Source: a virus
Virus record (IMG/VR): IMGVR_UViG_3300044580_000486
DNA: 35,747 nt
Strand: one strand, 5' to 3'
Numbering within the stretch: the stretch's first letter is position 1; each line of letters begins with the position of its first letter. Positions 1-8,965 of the stretch are shown one piece after another. Under the pieces are notes generated by a model, which was not told where the DNA came from, did no database searches, and saw only the letters and a list, made by a program, of their open reading frames with translations. The position numbers and the translations under genes were made by a program.

Positions 1-3
1 ATT

Positions 4-564
4 ATGATGGATGCTGATATAAAAAACTGGAAAGAATATCATACAGCTGGAATAGAAGAAGATGATGTTTTTATTAAACCTTATGATGATTCGTATGGAT
101 TAGAAGAAAACCCCCATGTAACAATCCTCTATGGAATTCATGAAGAAGAAGTAGATCCTCAGAGAATGGGGGAAATGCTTGAATATTACATGAAACCTGT
201 AACTTTAACTGTAAGTGAAATAGGGGTTTTCGAAGGAAAAGAATATGATGTGGTAAAATATAATTTACCTTTGACAGGGCAATTGCAGAAATATAGAGAT
301 ATTTTTATGCAAATACCAAATACACAAAGTTTTCCTGATTATCATCCTCACATGACAATCGCTTATGTAAAACCAGGGGAAGGAAAGAAATATGCTATAA
401 AATTAAAGGAGCCTTTCCAAGTTAATTTTACTAAAGGAGTTTATTCATGGCACCCTGACAAGGAAAATGATCCAGATAGAACTTCAAGAAAAGTTGTTAA
501 TCTGGTTAAAAAAGAAAAAGAACCAATTGATGCCATACCTGCAGATCTTCCGCAACAGGTCTAA
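4..564 (+). CDS. 2H phosphoesterase, T4 gp57B/Acb1-like (possibly 5'-truncated by window edge)
   Basis: Two HxT motifs, NPHVTILYG and YHPHMTIAY; the second context QSFPDYHPHMTIAY resembles the Acb1/57B family. The frame is open to the window start. Confidence 0.75.
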   Translation: MMDADIKNWKEYHTAGIEEDDVFIKPYDDSYGLEENPHVTILYGIHEEEVDPQRMGEMLEYYMKPVTLTVSEIGVFEGKEYDVVKYNLPLTGQLQKYRDIFMQIPNTQSFPDYHPHMTIAYVKPGEGKKYAIKLKEPFQVNFTKGVYSWHPDKENDPDRTSRKVVNLVKKEKEPIDAIPADLPQQV

Positions 565-668
565 TGCCTTTTATAACTATTCAGTTTTAAGATCTCTATT
601 CTTCAAAGAGATTTACAACCAGTAAAAGAATCCTTTATAAGTTTAAAGGAATTTAACGAAATCATAAC

Positions 669-697
669 GGGATAAGAATAAAACTTATCCCTTTTTT
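669..697 (+). terminator. Intrinsic terminator
   Basis: GGGATAAG-AATAAAA-CTTATCCC hairpin followed by T6. Confidence 0.75.
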
Positions 698-700
698 GTG

Positions 701-708
701 TATATTTG
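701..708 (+). promoter_or_regulatory. Bacteroidota-type -7 promoter element (TAnnTTTG)
   Basis: TATATTTG 14 nt upstream of the ATG at 723; same 8-mer at 34911 and 35654, each just before a gene start. Confidence 0.65.
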
Positions 709-722
709 TGAAAAATATTATT

Positions 723-1613
723 ATGGGAGGTAATGCAGTAAAAATTTCTCGTCCAGTTACTTTTGAGGAAGCCAAAAAAACAATTAAATGGATAAAAGAA
801 GAGGTTTTTCCTCGGCTAACTGTTATTCCAATAGAGGATAAGGATACAGAAATATTGGGTTCATACGGAAAGAAAAAAGATGGGGCAACTCATGGAGATA
901 TTGATATTGCTGTCTTAAATATTCCAGAACCCAATTCAATGCCAAAAAATGTTGAACTTGATCTTTTAAGACTTGATCTCGAAGGGCTTGGATTTGAAAC
1001 TAAGGTTAACTATGGATTTAGAATTGTTTCATTTGGTTGTCCAATTGGCGGATCAAAAAGCCTTGAAAATTGCGGAGAGATAAATCTCAATATGAATGAT
1101 TTGGTTCAAGTTGATTTAATGTTAACTACAAATCTTTACTGGTCAAGATTCATATATCATTCTCCTGATTTTCGTAAAGAAGAATCCAAATATAAGGGAT
1201 ATTATAGAAATATTCTTCTTATGGCTCTTATTACGGAGCCAACAAAAGAAATTACTAAAACCACTGAAGATGGAGAGGTAGAAGAAATAGAAGTTAATAT
1301 TTTAAGGTATCCCTTCGGTATTTCTCGGGTAAGAAAAAATTTTATGGGTAAAAAAGGTTTGTTGAAGAACGGAAAGAATGTAGAGGGATTTGATTTTTTT
1401 ATCACGAATGACCCCCAAGAGGTTACAGATTTGACTGTCGGGAAACATTATAAACCAAGTGATATTAATACTTTTGAGAAACTCTGGGATATAGTTATGT
1501 CCCCTAATTTTAAGTGGATAAATAAACGAGAAGGCATTATCAATCGATTTGTTGAATGTCTTGAAGAGCAAAAACTCTTAATACCAAAAGAAGTAGAAGA
1601 ATGGAAAAAGTAA
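723..1613 (+). CDS. DNA polymerase beta-superfamily nucleotidyltransferase
   Basis: LGSYGKK...HGDIDIAV (GS + DxD) and a third Asp in VQVDLM. The ATG at 723 (MGGNAV) is preferred over the TTG at 696, which lies in the terminator U-tract. Confidence 0.7.
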   Translation: MGGNAVKISRPVTFEEAKKTIKWIKEEVFPRLTVIPIEDKDTEILGSYGKKKDGATHGDIDIAVLNIPEPNSMPKNVELDLLRLDLEGLGFETKVNYGFRIVSFGCPIGGSKSLENCGEINLNMNDLVQVDLMLTTNLYWSRFIYHSPDFRKEESKYKGYYRNILLMALITEPTKEITKTTEDGEVEEIEVNILRYPFGISRVRKNFMGKKGLLKNGKNVEGFDFFITNDPQEVTDLTVGKHYKPSDINTFEKLWDIVMSPNFKWINKREGIINRFVECLEEQKLLIPKEVEEWKK

Positions 1614-2398
1614 CTGTTTTATATCCTGGTGGATTTAAACCCCCTCATGGAGGTCATATAGATCTTATAAGAAAATATGCTGAACTTCCGGAAGTAAAAG
1701 AAATCTGGGTTCTTGTTGGGCCTGGAGTTCGTGATGGCATTGTTCAAGATCAGGCGGTTCAAATGCTTGAAAAATTAACTGAGGATATTAAAAAAGTAGT
1801 TGTTCAAGGAGTTCCCTGGCCTTCCCCTGTATTAGCAGCTTATAAAATTATTCAAGAGGCAGATAAAGGTTCTTATACTCTTGCAGCTTCCAGCAAAGAA
1901 GAAGAAAATGCTAAAAGGATTACTGATTTCGCATGGAAGCATTCTCCAGAAGGAAAATTCTATAAAGAGGGAATTGATATAGTTCAATTATCTGTAAATA
2001 TTGAGCCTCTGCTATTTCAGGGTCGTTCGGATGAGCATAATGGGGAACCTATTTCAGCAATTGTTCTCAGACAGGATCTTGTTGAAGGGAATATTGAAAA
2101 TTTTATGACAGGTTATCCTGATTCAACCGAAGAACAAATATCATTTATCTGGGATACTCTTGAACAAAATATTGTTTTGCCAGAAGATGATACTGTAAGT
2201 GATGATGCTGTAACAGAAGCTCTTCACACATCAGGAACACCTACAGAAAGTTCTCCTTTAGGATATGATCGTTATCAAGCAGGATATAATTATAAAGCAC
2301 AATTTCCAATTGTCGAGGAAGAGGATGAAGATGAAGAACCTCTTAAAGACTGGGAATGGAACGAAAAAAAGAAAACTTGGATACGTAAAAGAATATAA
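1601..2398 (+). CDS. HxGH-class nucleotidylyltransferase (cytidylyltransferase/NMNAT-like) with acidic C-terminal tail
   Basis: YPGGFKPPHGGH motif and ISAIVLR (ISxTxxR-like) motif. Confidence 0.75.
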   Translation: MEKVTVLYPGGFKPPHGGHIDLIRKYAELPEVKEIWVLVGPGVRDGIVQDQAVQMLEKLTEDIKKVVVQGVPWPSPVLAAYKIIQEADKGSYTLAASSKEEENAKRITDFAWKHSPEGKFYKEGIDIVQLSVNIEPLLFQGRSDEHNGEPISAIVLRQDLVEGNIENFMTGYPDSTEEQISFIWDTLEQNIVLPEDDTVSDDAVTEALHTSGTPTESSPLGYDRYQAGYNYKAQFPIVEEEDEDEEPLKDWEWNEKKKTWIRKRI

Positions 2399-2399
2399 T

Positions 2400-3581
2400 A
2401 TGGCAGGTTCAGCCGGACACATCTTATCCCCCTGGGAAAATACAGATTTAACATTTGGACAAATAAGAGAAATAATTACAAGAGCTTGTTCTGGTACTCT
2501 TGACAATCCTTCTGAAAAATTAGATGGGCAAAATATTATGGCTACTTATAAAAATGGCCATGTTTATATTGCTCGTACCCCCAAACAAGTTCGAAATAAT
2601 GGAGCTGAAGCTATTCGCTGGGATCTTGTAGGGGACTATATGAAAACACCAGAGTCCAGGGAGGCTTATTCTACAGCTGCTCAAGATTTACAAGTGATTT
2701 TCGTTCCAATAGAGGAAAAAATTCTCCAAGATTTCTTTTGTGATGGAAAATATTGGTTAAATATGGAATTATTGACTCCTTTAATGGAAAATATTATCCA
2801 TTATGGAAAAAGTCAGCTAAGAATACATAATATTCAAACAGAGAAAGAAATTGCTGATGTGGACTTAGATTCTTTTTTGAATATTATTAAAATTGCTCAA
2901 AAAGAAGTACAAACCACCTTTGTTATTGATAAAACAAATACGGTTTCTTTTTTAACCGTAGATCCTAAAAGATTTCTTCTGGAATTAGATTCTTTAATGT
3001 TAGACCGTAATTTGGTCGAAGGAAATACATTAAAAGATTTCTTAGCAATAGAATTTGATGAATTCATTGATTATGAATTTGCAATGAATAACGAAGAAGA
3101 TCCCGGGTTAAGATGGGGACTTATTCAAAGATGGGCATATTCTAATAAATCCACAAATATTACAAAGCTATTAACAGGTGTAAATACAAGATTATCTACT
3201 TGGGTAAGGGAAACAGATTCTACTATAGAAGATATTAAAATGATGTTTCTCGATCCAATTATAAATCTCTTTTCGAGAGTAAGTGTTAAAGTTCTTCAAA
3301 ACATAAAAGATATTGCTTCTTCTGATCCCCAAAAATCCGTTGAAATTCTAATTGCGAAAACTAAAGAAGGGATAAATAAGATGAAGGGTTATCGAGGTGA
3401 AAAATCCAAATTTCTAAGAATTCAATTTGAAAGATTCATTAGTGCAGGAGGATTTGAATCGATAGCACCCATCGAAGGGATTGTATTTGAATTTGAAGGT
3501 CAATTATTTAAATTAACCGGTTCATATCTCCCTTTGCTTAAAATAATTAGCTTCTTCCGCTTTGGAAGAGACAAAGAATGA
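2400..3581 (+). CDS. ATP-dependent RNA-ligase-like nucleotidyltransferase (KxDG family)
   Basis: Motif I SEKLDGQNI, III LNMELL, IV IEGIVF, V FKLTG. ATG at 2400 (MAGSAGHIL) directly follows the upstream stop. Confidence 0.65.
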   Translation: MAGSAGHILSPWENTDLTFGQIREIITRACSGTLDNPSEKLDGQNIMATYKNGHVYIARTPKQVRNNGAEAIRWDLVGDYMKTPESREAYSTAAQDLQVIFVPIEEKILQDFFCDGKYWLNMELLTPLMENIIHYGKSQLRIHNIQTEKEIADVDLDSFLNIIKIAQKEVQTTFVIDKTNTVSFLTVDPKRFLLELDSLMLDRNLVEGNTLKDFLAIEFDEFIDYEFAMNNEEDPGLRWGLIQRWAYSNKSTNITKLLTGVNTRLSTWVRETDSTIEDIKMMFLDPIINLFSRVSVKVLQNIKDIASSDPQKSVEILIAKTKEGINKMKGYRGEKSKFLRIQFERFISAGGFESIAPIEGIVFEFEGQLFKLTGSYLPLLKIISFFRFGRDKE

Positions 3582-6112
3582 ATGTTCGTTTTGTAAGAGG
3601 TGGAGAAGTAAAACCTTCAAACATTGGTATCGGAAAATACAAAGGACTTCTTGGATTACCCAGAGAAATGCAAGAGGTTGTTTTGTTATTAAGGAAATTA
3701 GGATATTTTTCGGAGGAGAATGAGGAGCAGCTTCAAACCGGGCGTTTTGATAATGAATATATAAGAAATTTCTTTTATGATTATCAAAATAATCCAAAAT
3801 ATACATATTCATGGAAAGGAGCAAAATTATTATGGGATTCTCTTTTTTGGATTAAAGAGGAATCCGCTCATAATTTTTATATGAATCTCCCGGAAGATAT
3901 TTATCTTCCAGATCAGCTTTCTACAGAAATCTCTTTATCAATAAGCAAGATAGATCCTAATTCTGAGGTTGCTAAAATGCAAGGGGGATCAATAAATGCT
4001 GACTTTACTATAAGAATTTATCGTGATGATAGAAATGAAACAGAAAATGAAACCCCGGAATCTTATAAAAAGGAAGGCATAAAAAGTGATGAAGAATTAA
4101 TAAGTTTTTTAACTAAAAAATTTAGGGATTTGCCTATTTATATTAAGGGTTTTTTGAAAAAATATCATCATGATGATTTAAATGAATCCAGATTCGAAAG
4201 AGGAATAGATCCTAAAAAATCAATGGATATTGGTCTTTCAAGATATGAAAATACTTGGAATAGGATAAATCCAGGAGGAACTCGATATTCACCAGAAGAA
4301 GCTCTCCAATATTTAAGAAAATCTTCTCTTAAACCTTATATTGTTCAGGGTTTTTCAAGGCAGCCAGATTGGACAATTGATTATCAGGTAAAAATGATTA
4401 ATTATTTGATAACTCATGGAAATTTTGCACCCTTTCCCGAAATTCGTCCGGATAGGGAATTACCGGCTCTTACTATGCGAAGAATTTTTGATGAACTAGA
4501 AAAAAGAGGAGTTTTGGAATTTGATCGTTCTCGAAGACCGCATATAGTTTATCTGAAAACCCCCGAAGTAAATGAGTCAGTAAATTTTGAAAGAGGATTA
4601 GATCCAAAAGCATCCATGGGAATTGGAAAAGCCTCTAATCCATTAATTATAACAAGCGTTGAAGAAGAATACTGGGATGGAGGAAGAGTTCAAAGTAACG
4701 AGGATGTTGAAAAAGCAGATCAGAATACTTGGATGAATCCAATTGATGACCCCGTTGAAATAGATTATCTATTTAATAATTGGGCAAAAGTTATAGATCC
4801 TTTCTATGGATTCTGGTATCAAGATCCTGATGATGAAGAAGAATATATCTGGGCTCATCCATCAGAATTAGAGGGGGAATGGATTGAATGGTCTGGAAAC
4901 AAATATTATATTCCTAAAACAAATATTTTTAAGAAAATTGGAGAGGTTGTTGAATCAGTAAATTTTGAAAGAGGCTTAGATCCAAAAGATTCTTTAAAAA
5001 TAGGACATTACCATAATCGAATGCTTGAAAAAGCTAGAGAAGAACTCAAAAATATTTTTGATGATATTCAAAAGAAATATGGTGGTAAAATCGATGTTCG
5101 CAAAGCCACATTTCTTCTTCAAACGGGAATCCGAGCTACTTGGATCCCTCCTACGTCTCCTTATAATTATGGCATTGAATTTTTCGAATCTAAAGACGAC
5201 AATCAATATTATTTTACGCCTATAAAATGGAATAAACCCGGAAAACCATTTGCTAATCTAAATTATGGCGGAAGAAAATCTGCTCGGGAGGCTGCAAATG
5301 AAATGATAGCTCAATGGGGAGGAAAAATAGATGAGTCATTGAATTTTGAAAGAGGACTAGATCCAAAAGCTTCTATGGATATGGGAACAAAAAACAGGAT
5401 TCTTAATAAATTGAAAAGCATCTTTTATAATGAAATCGATCTAGGTAGCAAAAGAGAAATGCAAACTCTATGGGGGTTTTATCCTAAGGGTGAAGATTAT
5501 TATATTTTTAGTTCTGTATATCCTCAGAATTGGATCGAAGATATTTTAAAGGATTATGGAATAGATGAATTTTTAGAATTCCCTGGCAAATATGAAGAAA
5601 AAAGATCAGCTGTATACAAAATAAAATATAAAATAAAGGAGCCTTTCAAAGAGTATTTTAAAAATATAGGGGCCGCTGGACAGCATTTTGTATCTGAATC
5701 GGTAAATTTCGAAAGAGGGATAGAACCTAAAAAAGCTATGAATATTGGTAAAAATAAAAATAATTTTTTTGCTACTATTCCTTCAATGCCTTTTATCAAA
5801 GCTTGTGAAACCTATCCATGGTTTGAAAATATGTTTGCTGGAAAGCAAAAGGATTTACTTACAGCAGCGGCTAAAATGTTACAAGTTCCAGAACAAAAAG
5901 TTGGGGTAGGAATCCGACCAGATAATACCAAAGATACTCCATTAGATCCAAATGATTCCTTATTGGATCAATATATTGAAAGGGATGATTGGCAATATGA
6001 TAAAGAAGATGAGGTTGGGGATTTTGAGTTAATTGGGTCTACATCCGGCGAAATTTATATTAAAGACCAGGAAACAGAAGATATTCTGGGTATTTTAGGA
6101 ACTATTTATTAA
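3578..6112 (+). CDS. Modular protein or putative polyprotein: six modules, each introduced by a conserved (ES)xNFERGxDPKxSMxIG tag
   Basis: 844-aa ORF, ATGA overlap with the upstream gene. Tags at aa 201, 331, 457, 584 and 705, with a degenerate copy at the N-terminus. Confidence 0.8.
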   Translation: MNVRFVRGGEVKPSNIGIGKYKGLLGLPREMQEVVLLLRKLGYFSEENEEQLQTGRFDNEYIRNFFYDYQNNPKYTYSWKGAKLLWDSLFWIKEESAHNFYMNLPEDIYLPDQLSTEISLSISKIDPNSEVAKMQGGSINADFTIRIYRDDRNETENETPESYKKEGIKSDEELISFLTKKFRDLPIYIKGFLKKYHHDDLNESRFERGIDPKKSMDIGLSRYENTWNRINPGGTRYSPEEALQYLRKSSLKPYIVQGFSRQPDWTIDYQVKMINYLITHGNFAPFPEIRPDRELPALTMRRIFDELEKRGVLEFDRSRRPHIVYLKTPEVNESVNFERGLDPKASMGIGKASNPLIITSVEEEYWDGGRVQSNEDVEKADQNTWMNPIDDPVEIDYLFNNWAKVIDPFYGFWYQDPDDEEEYIWAHPSELEGEWIEWSGNKYYIPKTNIFKKIGEVVESVNFERGLDPKDSLKIGHYHNRMLEKAREELKNIFDDIQKKYGGKIDVRKATFLLQTGIRATWIPPTSPYNYGIEFFESKDDNQYYFTPIKWNKPGKPFANLNYGGRKSAREAANEMIAQWGGKIDESLNFERGLDPKASMDMGTKNRILNKLKSIFYNEIDLGSKREMQTLWGFYPKGEDYYIFSSVYPQNWIEDILKDYGIDEFLEFPGKYEEKRSAVYKIKYKIKEPFKEYFKNIGAAGQHFVSESVNFERGIEPKKAMNIGKNKNNFFATIPSMPFIKACETYPWFENMFAGKQKDLLTAAAKMLQVPEQKVGVGIRPDNTKDTPLDPNDSLLDQYIERDDWQYDKEDEVGDFELIGSTSGEIYIKDQETEDILGILGTIY
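4178..5749 (+). repeat. Five dispersed 57-60 nt coding repeats (4178-4234, 4568-4627, 4946-5005, 5327-5386, 5690-5749)
   Basis: Core GA(A/G)TC...TT(T/C)GAAAGAGGx xTAGAxCCxAAA with many synonymous differences; spacing 390, 378, 381 and 363 nt. Confidence 0.9.
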
Positions 6113-6114
6113 TT

Positions 6115-6471
6115 ATGAGAGCACAATTTGTAAGAGGTATCGATCCTAAGGATTCTATGAATATAGGAAATAAGCATGCTAGGGAAGCACAAAAACTCAT
6201 GGCAGCTTTTAAAGAAATTGATCCTTCTTTAGAACCTAAGATTACTGATGATAAAACTCGGGATCAAACAGAGATGGTGGTTGTTTCAATTTTTAAAGAT
6301 AAAAAAATTATCAAATCTCCAAAAGACAAATTTCAAAAGGATATTTATTCTTTATCCTGGGTAAAATCTGGGCTTGAATTTTATATGGCTTCTACATCAT
6401 ATATGGATAGACAAATAACCTTTCCAAAATTGGAAAAAGCTAAGGAAAAAATGAAGGAATATTTGAAGTAA
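6115..6471 (+). CDS. Single-module tagged protein (MRAQFVRGIDPKDSMNIG leader), function unknown
   Basis: 118 aa; begins with the same tag as the modules of the upstream ORF. Confidence 0.8.
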   Translation: MRAQFVRGIDPKDSMNIGNKHAREAQKLMAAFKEIDPSLEPKITDDKTRDQTEMVVVSIFKDKKIIKSPKDKFQKDIYSLSWVKSGLEFYMASTSYMDRQITFPKLEKAKEKMKEYLK

Positions 6472-6496
6472 ATTTAACGAGGAATTAATAAAATAA

Positions 6497-6529
6497 AGAG
6501 GCGAGGCACAAAACTTCGCCTTTGTTTTT
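6497..6529 (+). terminator. Intrinsic terminator
   Basis: AGAGGCGAGG-CACAAAA-CTTCGCCTTT hairpin then TGTTTTT. Confidence 0.7.
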
Positions 6530-6541
6530 GGATATATATAA
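6530..6541 (+). promoter_or_regulatory. Putative phage (late-type) promoter ATATATA(A/G)
   Basis: GGATATATATAA upstream of gp32; related elements at 11749, 14388, 15076, 16900, 17922, 19507, 20810, 28163. Confidence 0.45.
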
Positions 6542-6609
6542 AGACTAATATGCTAAAGGTACCTAAAAAGCTAAACTGTCTTATTATTAACTAAAATGTC
6601 TTAAATGCT

Positions 6610-7617
6610 ATGAGTAATGTAGAAAACTACGATGCGTTCTTTACGCCGGGAGTAGAAGCTCCCTCAACAACCTCTAAACAAACAGAGGAGTACAATCCAA
6701 CCGCCGATAAGGGAAAAGGCGGAATTTATCAGTCCATCATTCGTTTTATTCCCTGGCACCAAGATCCAAAACACGGTTCTATTCAAGAAAAATGGGTATC
6801 ATATTTGGTTGACCCTGTTACACAGCGTGGCCGATATATTGATTGCCCCAGTTCTGTGGGTAAACCATCACCTCTCCAGGATATTTACTGGAAACTTCGC
6901 AAAAGCGAAAGTGTTCAAATGCAGAAACTTGCCGTCAACTTTTCACGTAGGCACTCTTATGCTTCACTTGTTCAGGTCATTCGTGACGAGAATAACCCCG
7001 AAGCAGAGGGTAAGATTATGGTCTTCCGTTATGGAGTTAAGATATGGGAAAAGATACAGGCTGAACTCAAACCTGTTATCGGTGAATCTCATGATCCATT
7101 CGATATTCTCCAGGGAAAAGCTTTCGCTTTAGTAATTACTAAGGTTTCAGGATTCAACAACTATGATCAGTCAAAGTTCGTTGATAAGAGAATTCCCCTT
7201 TGCATTCCTAATGCAGATGGAAAACTTGTTCCTGTCACTCCTCAGGGTAACAAGAAAGAAATTTTCGAATGGGTTAAAGCTAACTCACCAGATCTTTCTA
7301 AATACTCTTATAAAGAGTGGGATCAGGATACTTATGATTATGTAAATCATGTAATCGTAGCTGTTACTGGAGAAGGTACAGTTTCACAGAAATATGCTAA
7401 TGTTGTTAGCAAAGATTCAGCTGCTCCAAAATCCGGTACAGCTGGTGATGCAACTCTTCAGGGGAAAGCGGGTATAACTTCGTCTGATATAAGTGTAGAT
7501 GATCTTGACCTTGGCGGAGATAATCTTGACATTCCGGATCTTGACCTTGGAAACATAAGTGGTTCCAAAGGTGCCAGTGATCTTGGAGACCTCGACGACA
7601 TCATCGGAAAGATGTAA
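6610..7617 (+). CDS. gp32: T4 gp32-like single-stranded DNA-binding protein
   Basis: IRFIP, CPSSVGKPSPL, FDILQGKAFALVI, NNYDQSKF motifs; acidic tail DLGDLDDIIGKM. Confidence 0.85.
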   Translation: MSNVENYDAFFTPGVEAPSTTSKQTEEYNPTADKGKGGIYQSIIRFIPWHQDPKHGSIQEKWVSYLVDPVTQRGRYIDCPSSVGKPSPLQDIYWKLRKSESVQMQKLAVNFSRRHSYASLVQVIRDENNPEAEGKIMVFRYGVKIWEKIQAELKPVIGESHDPFDILQGKAFALVITKVSGFNNYDQSKFVDKRIPLCIPNADGKLVPVTPQGNKKEIFEWVKANSPDLSKYSYKEWDQDTYDYVNHVIVAVTGEGTVSQKYANVVSKDSAAPKSGTAGDATLQGKAGITSSDISVDDLDLGGDNLDIPDLDLGNISGSKGASDLGDLDDIIGKM

Positions 7618-7673
7618 ATAAAACTTGAGCATGATCTTTAGGGGGGATGAAGTAATTTGTCCTCCCAAAGATT

Positions 7674-8795
7674 ATGTTAAAAGAATTTCGTATGAGCGCC
7701 TTATTTGACACATCAACATTCTTTGATTTTGAGGAACTTGATAGAAAAGTTTCTCCTGATCAGCTTTTAAATATTCTTATGAATAATTTTGAGAATATTT
7801 CAAGAGCAAGATTTCCTTCTGACCCGATTAAACAAAAAATTCATAAACATTCAAAAAGGATAACGGGCAGCTGTCCTTATTGTGGCGACTCTATGCAAAG
7901 CTCTTGGAAACAAAGAGGAAATATAATCTTAGAGGGAAAACACAAATTTTATTATAAATGTTTTAACTGTGGGGAATTTAAGAGAGTAGATCAATTCTTT
8001 AAGGATTTTAAAATAGACCTAACCTTAGATGTCCTTACGTATATAGCGGAAAATAAGGGTGATTTCACCTCAGTAGCAGGAAAGTATGATATTTCTCTTC
8101 TACTGGATGTTCCGACCATTGAGGGGTATGCCATTGACAGACAGGAGATCAAAAAGAGATTTGGTTTAATCGAAGCGAAAGATTCTCCTGTCTGGTCATG
8201 GTTAAATAGGAGATTGCAATTCAAAGAAGAATATTTCCTATATAGCACTTATCATAATTTTTTATTAATCCTAAATTTAACTCCTTCGGGAAAGATTTTA
8301 GGATTTCAGAAGAGAAGGTTTTTAAGAAACCATGGAGGATATATGACCTATGGTGCTACAAAGATGTATGAATTGCTGGGAAAAACAGAAAAAGTCCCCG
8401 ACGAAATAGAAACCCTTTCTCAACTTTTTAATATTTGTAGAATAAATTTTAATCGACCAGTAACCATTTTTGAAGGACCCTTAGATTCATTTTTATTCCC
8501 AAATTCTATTGCAAATGGAGGAGCTAATAAATCGTTTCCTATTGAAATGCCTCGAAGATATTTCTATGATGACGATTCAACAGGAAGAACTAATGCTCTT
8601 AAAAGAATAAATGAGGGTTACCAAATTTTTCTTTGGGAGAGGTTAAAAAGAGATTACGGTCTTCCTCCTAAGCCAGCATTTGGGAGAAAATGGGATTTAA
8701 ATGATTTTATGATATGGTTAAAGATGAATAAGGCTGTAGTTCCTATGTGGGATAAATATTTTACTGATGACCCAATGGATTTAATCGAATTATGA
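7674..8795 (+). CDS. gp61: T4 gp61-like DNA primase
   Basis: Zn-binding CPYCGDS...YKCFNC; TOPRIM FEGPLDS and YDDDSTG; KWDLND. The start could be the later Met at 7692. Confidence 0.9.
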   Translation: MLKEFRMSALFDTSTFFDFEELDRKVSPDQLLNILMNNFENISRARFPSDPIKQKIHKHSKRITGSCPYCGDSMQSSWKQRGNIILEGKHKFYYKCFNCGEFKRVDQFFKDFKIDLTLDVLTYIAENKGDFTSVAGKYDISLLLDVPTIEGYAIDRQEIKKRFGLIEAKDSPVWSWLNRRLQFKEEYFLYSTYHNFLLILNLTPSGKILGFQKRRFLRNHGGYMTYGATKMYELLGKTEKVPDEIETLSQLFNICRINFNRPVTIFEGPLDSFLFPNSIANGGANKSFPIEMPRRYFYDDDSTGRTNALKRINEGYQIFLWERLKRDYGLPPKPAFGRKWDLNDFMIWLKMNKAVVPMWDKYFTDDPMDLIEL

Positions 8796-8965
8796 AACCA
8801 CTTGATCCAAAACTAAAATGGAATTTTGATTTCGATGAGGAAATACCTAATTTAGATATTAAAATTTCTGATCCTAAGAAGGAAGACAAAAAAACAAAAA
8901 TAGAAATATTTAAATCAAAAAAGAATGGAAAACGAGACTCTTCAACAAATACCGAGCTCTTTTGA
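8792..8965 (+). CDS. Small hypothetical protein (57 aa) missing from the ORF track
   Basis: ATGA overlap with the primase stop; MKPLDPKLKWNFDFDEEIPNLDIKISD...STNTELF*. Confidence 0.55.
   Translation: MKPLDPKLKWNFDFDEEIPNLDIKISDPKKEDKKTKIEIFKSKKNGKRDSSTNTELF

Noticed and set aside
577-675. In-frame protein-like stretch (…LQPVKESFISLKEFNEIITG*) after the 2H gene stop
   Set aside because: Two TAA codons separate it from the ORF and it has no start codon; it could be a decayed tail or sequence error, but this cannot be supported without reads or homologues
4178-5749. Regularly spaced repeats as a CRISPR array or DGR template/variable pair
   Set aside because: Spacers are 300+ nt in-frame coding sequence and the repeats vary at synonymous positions; no cas or reverse transcriptase gene and no adenine-specific variation
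7641-7666. G-rich/C-rich inverted repeat after gp32 as a terminator
   Set aside because: Stem is imperfect and no U-tract follows
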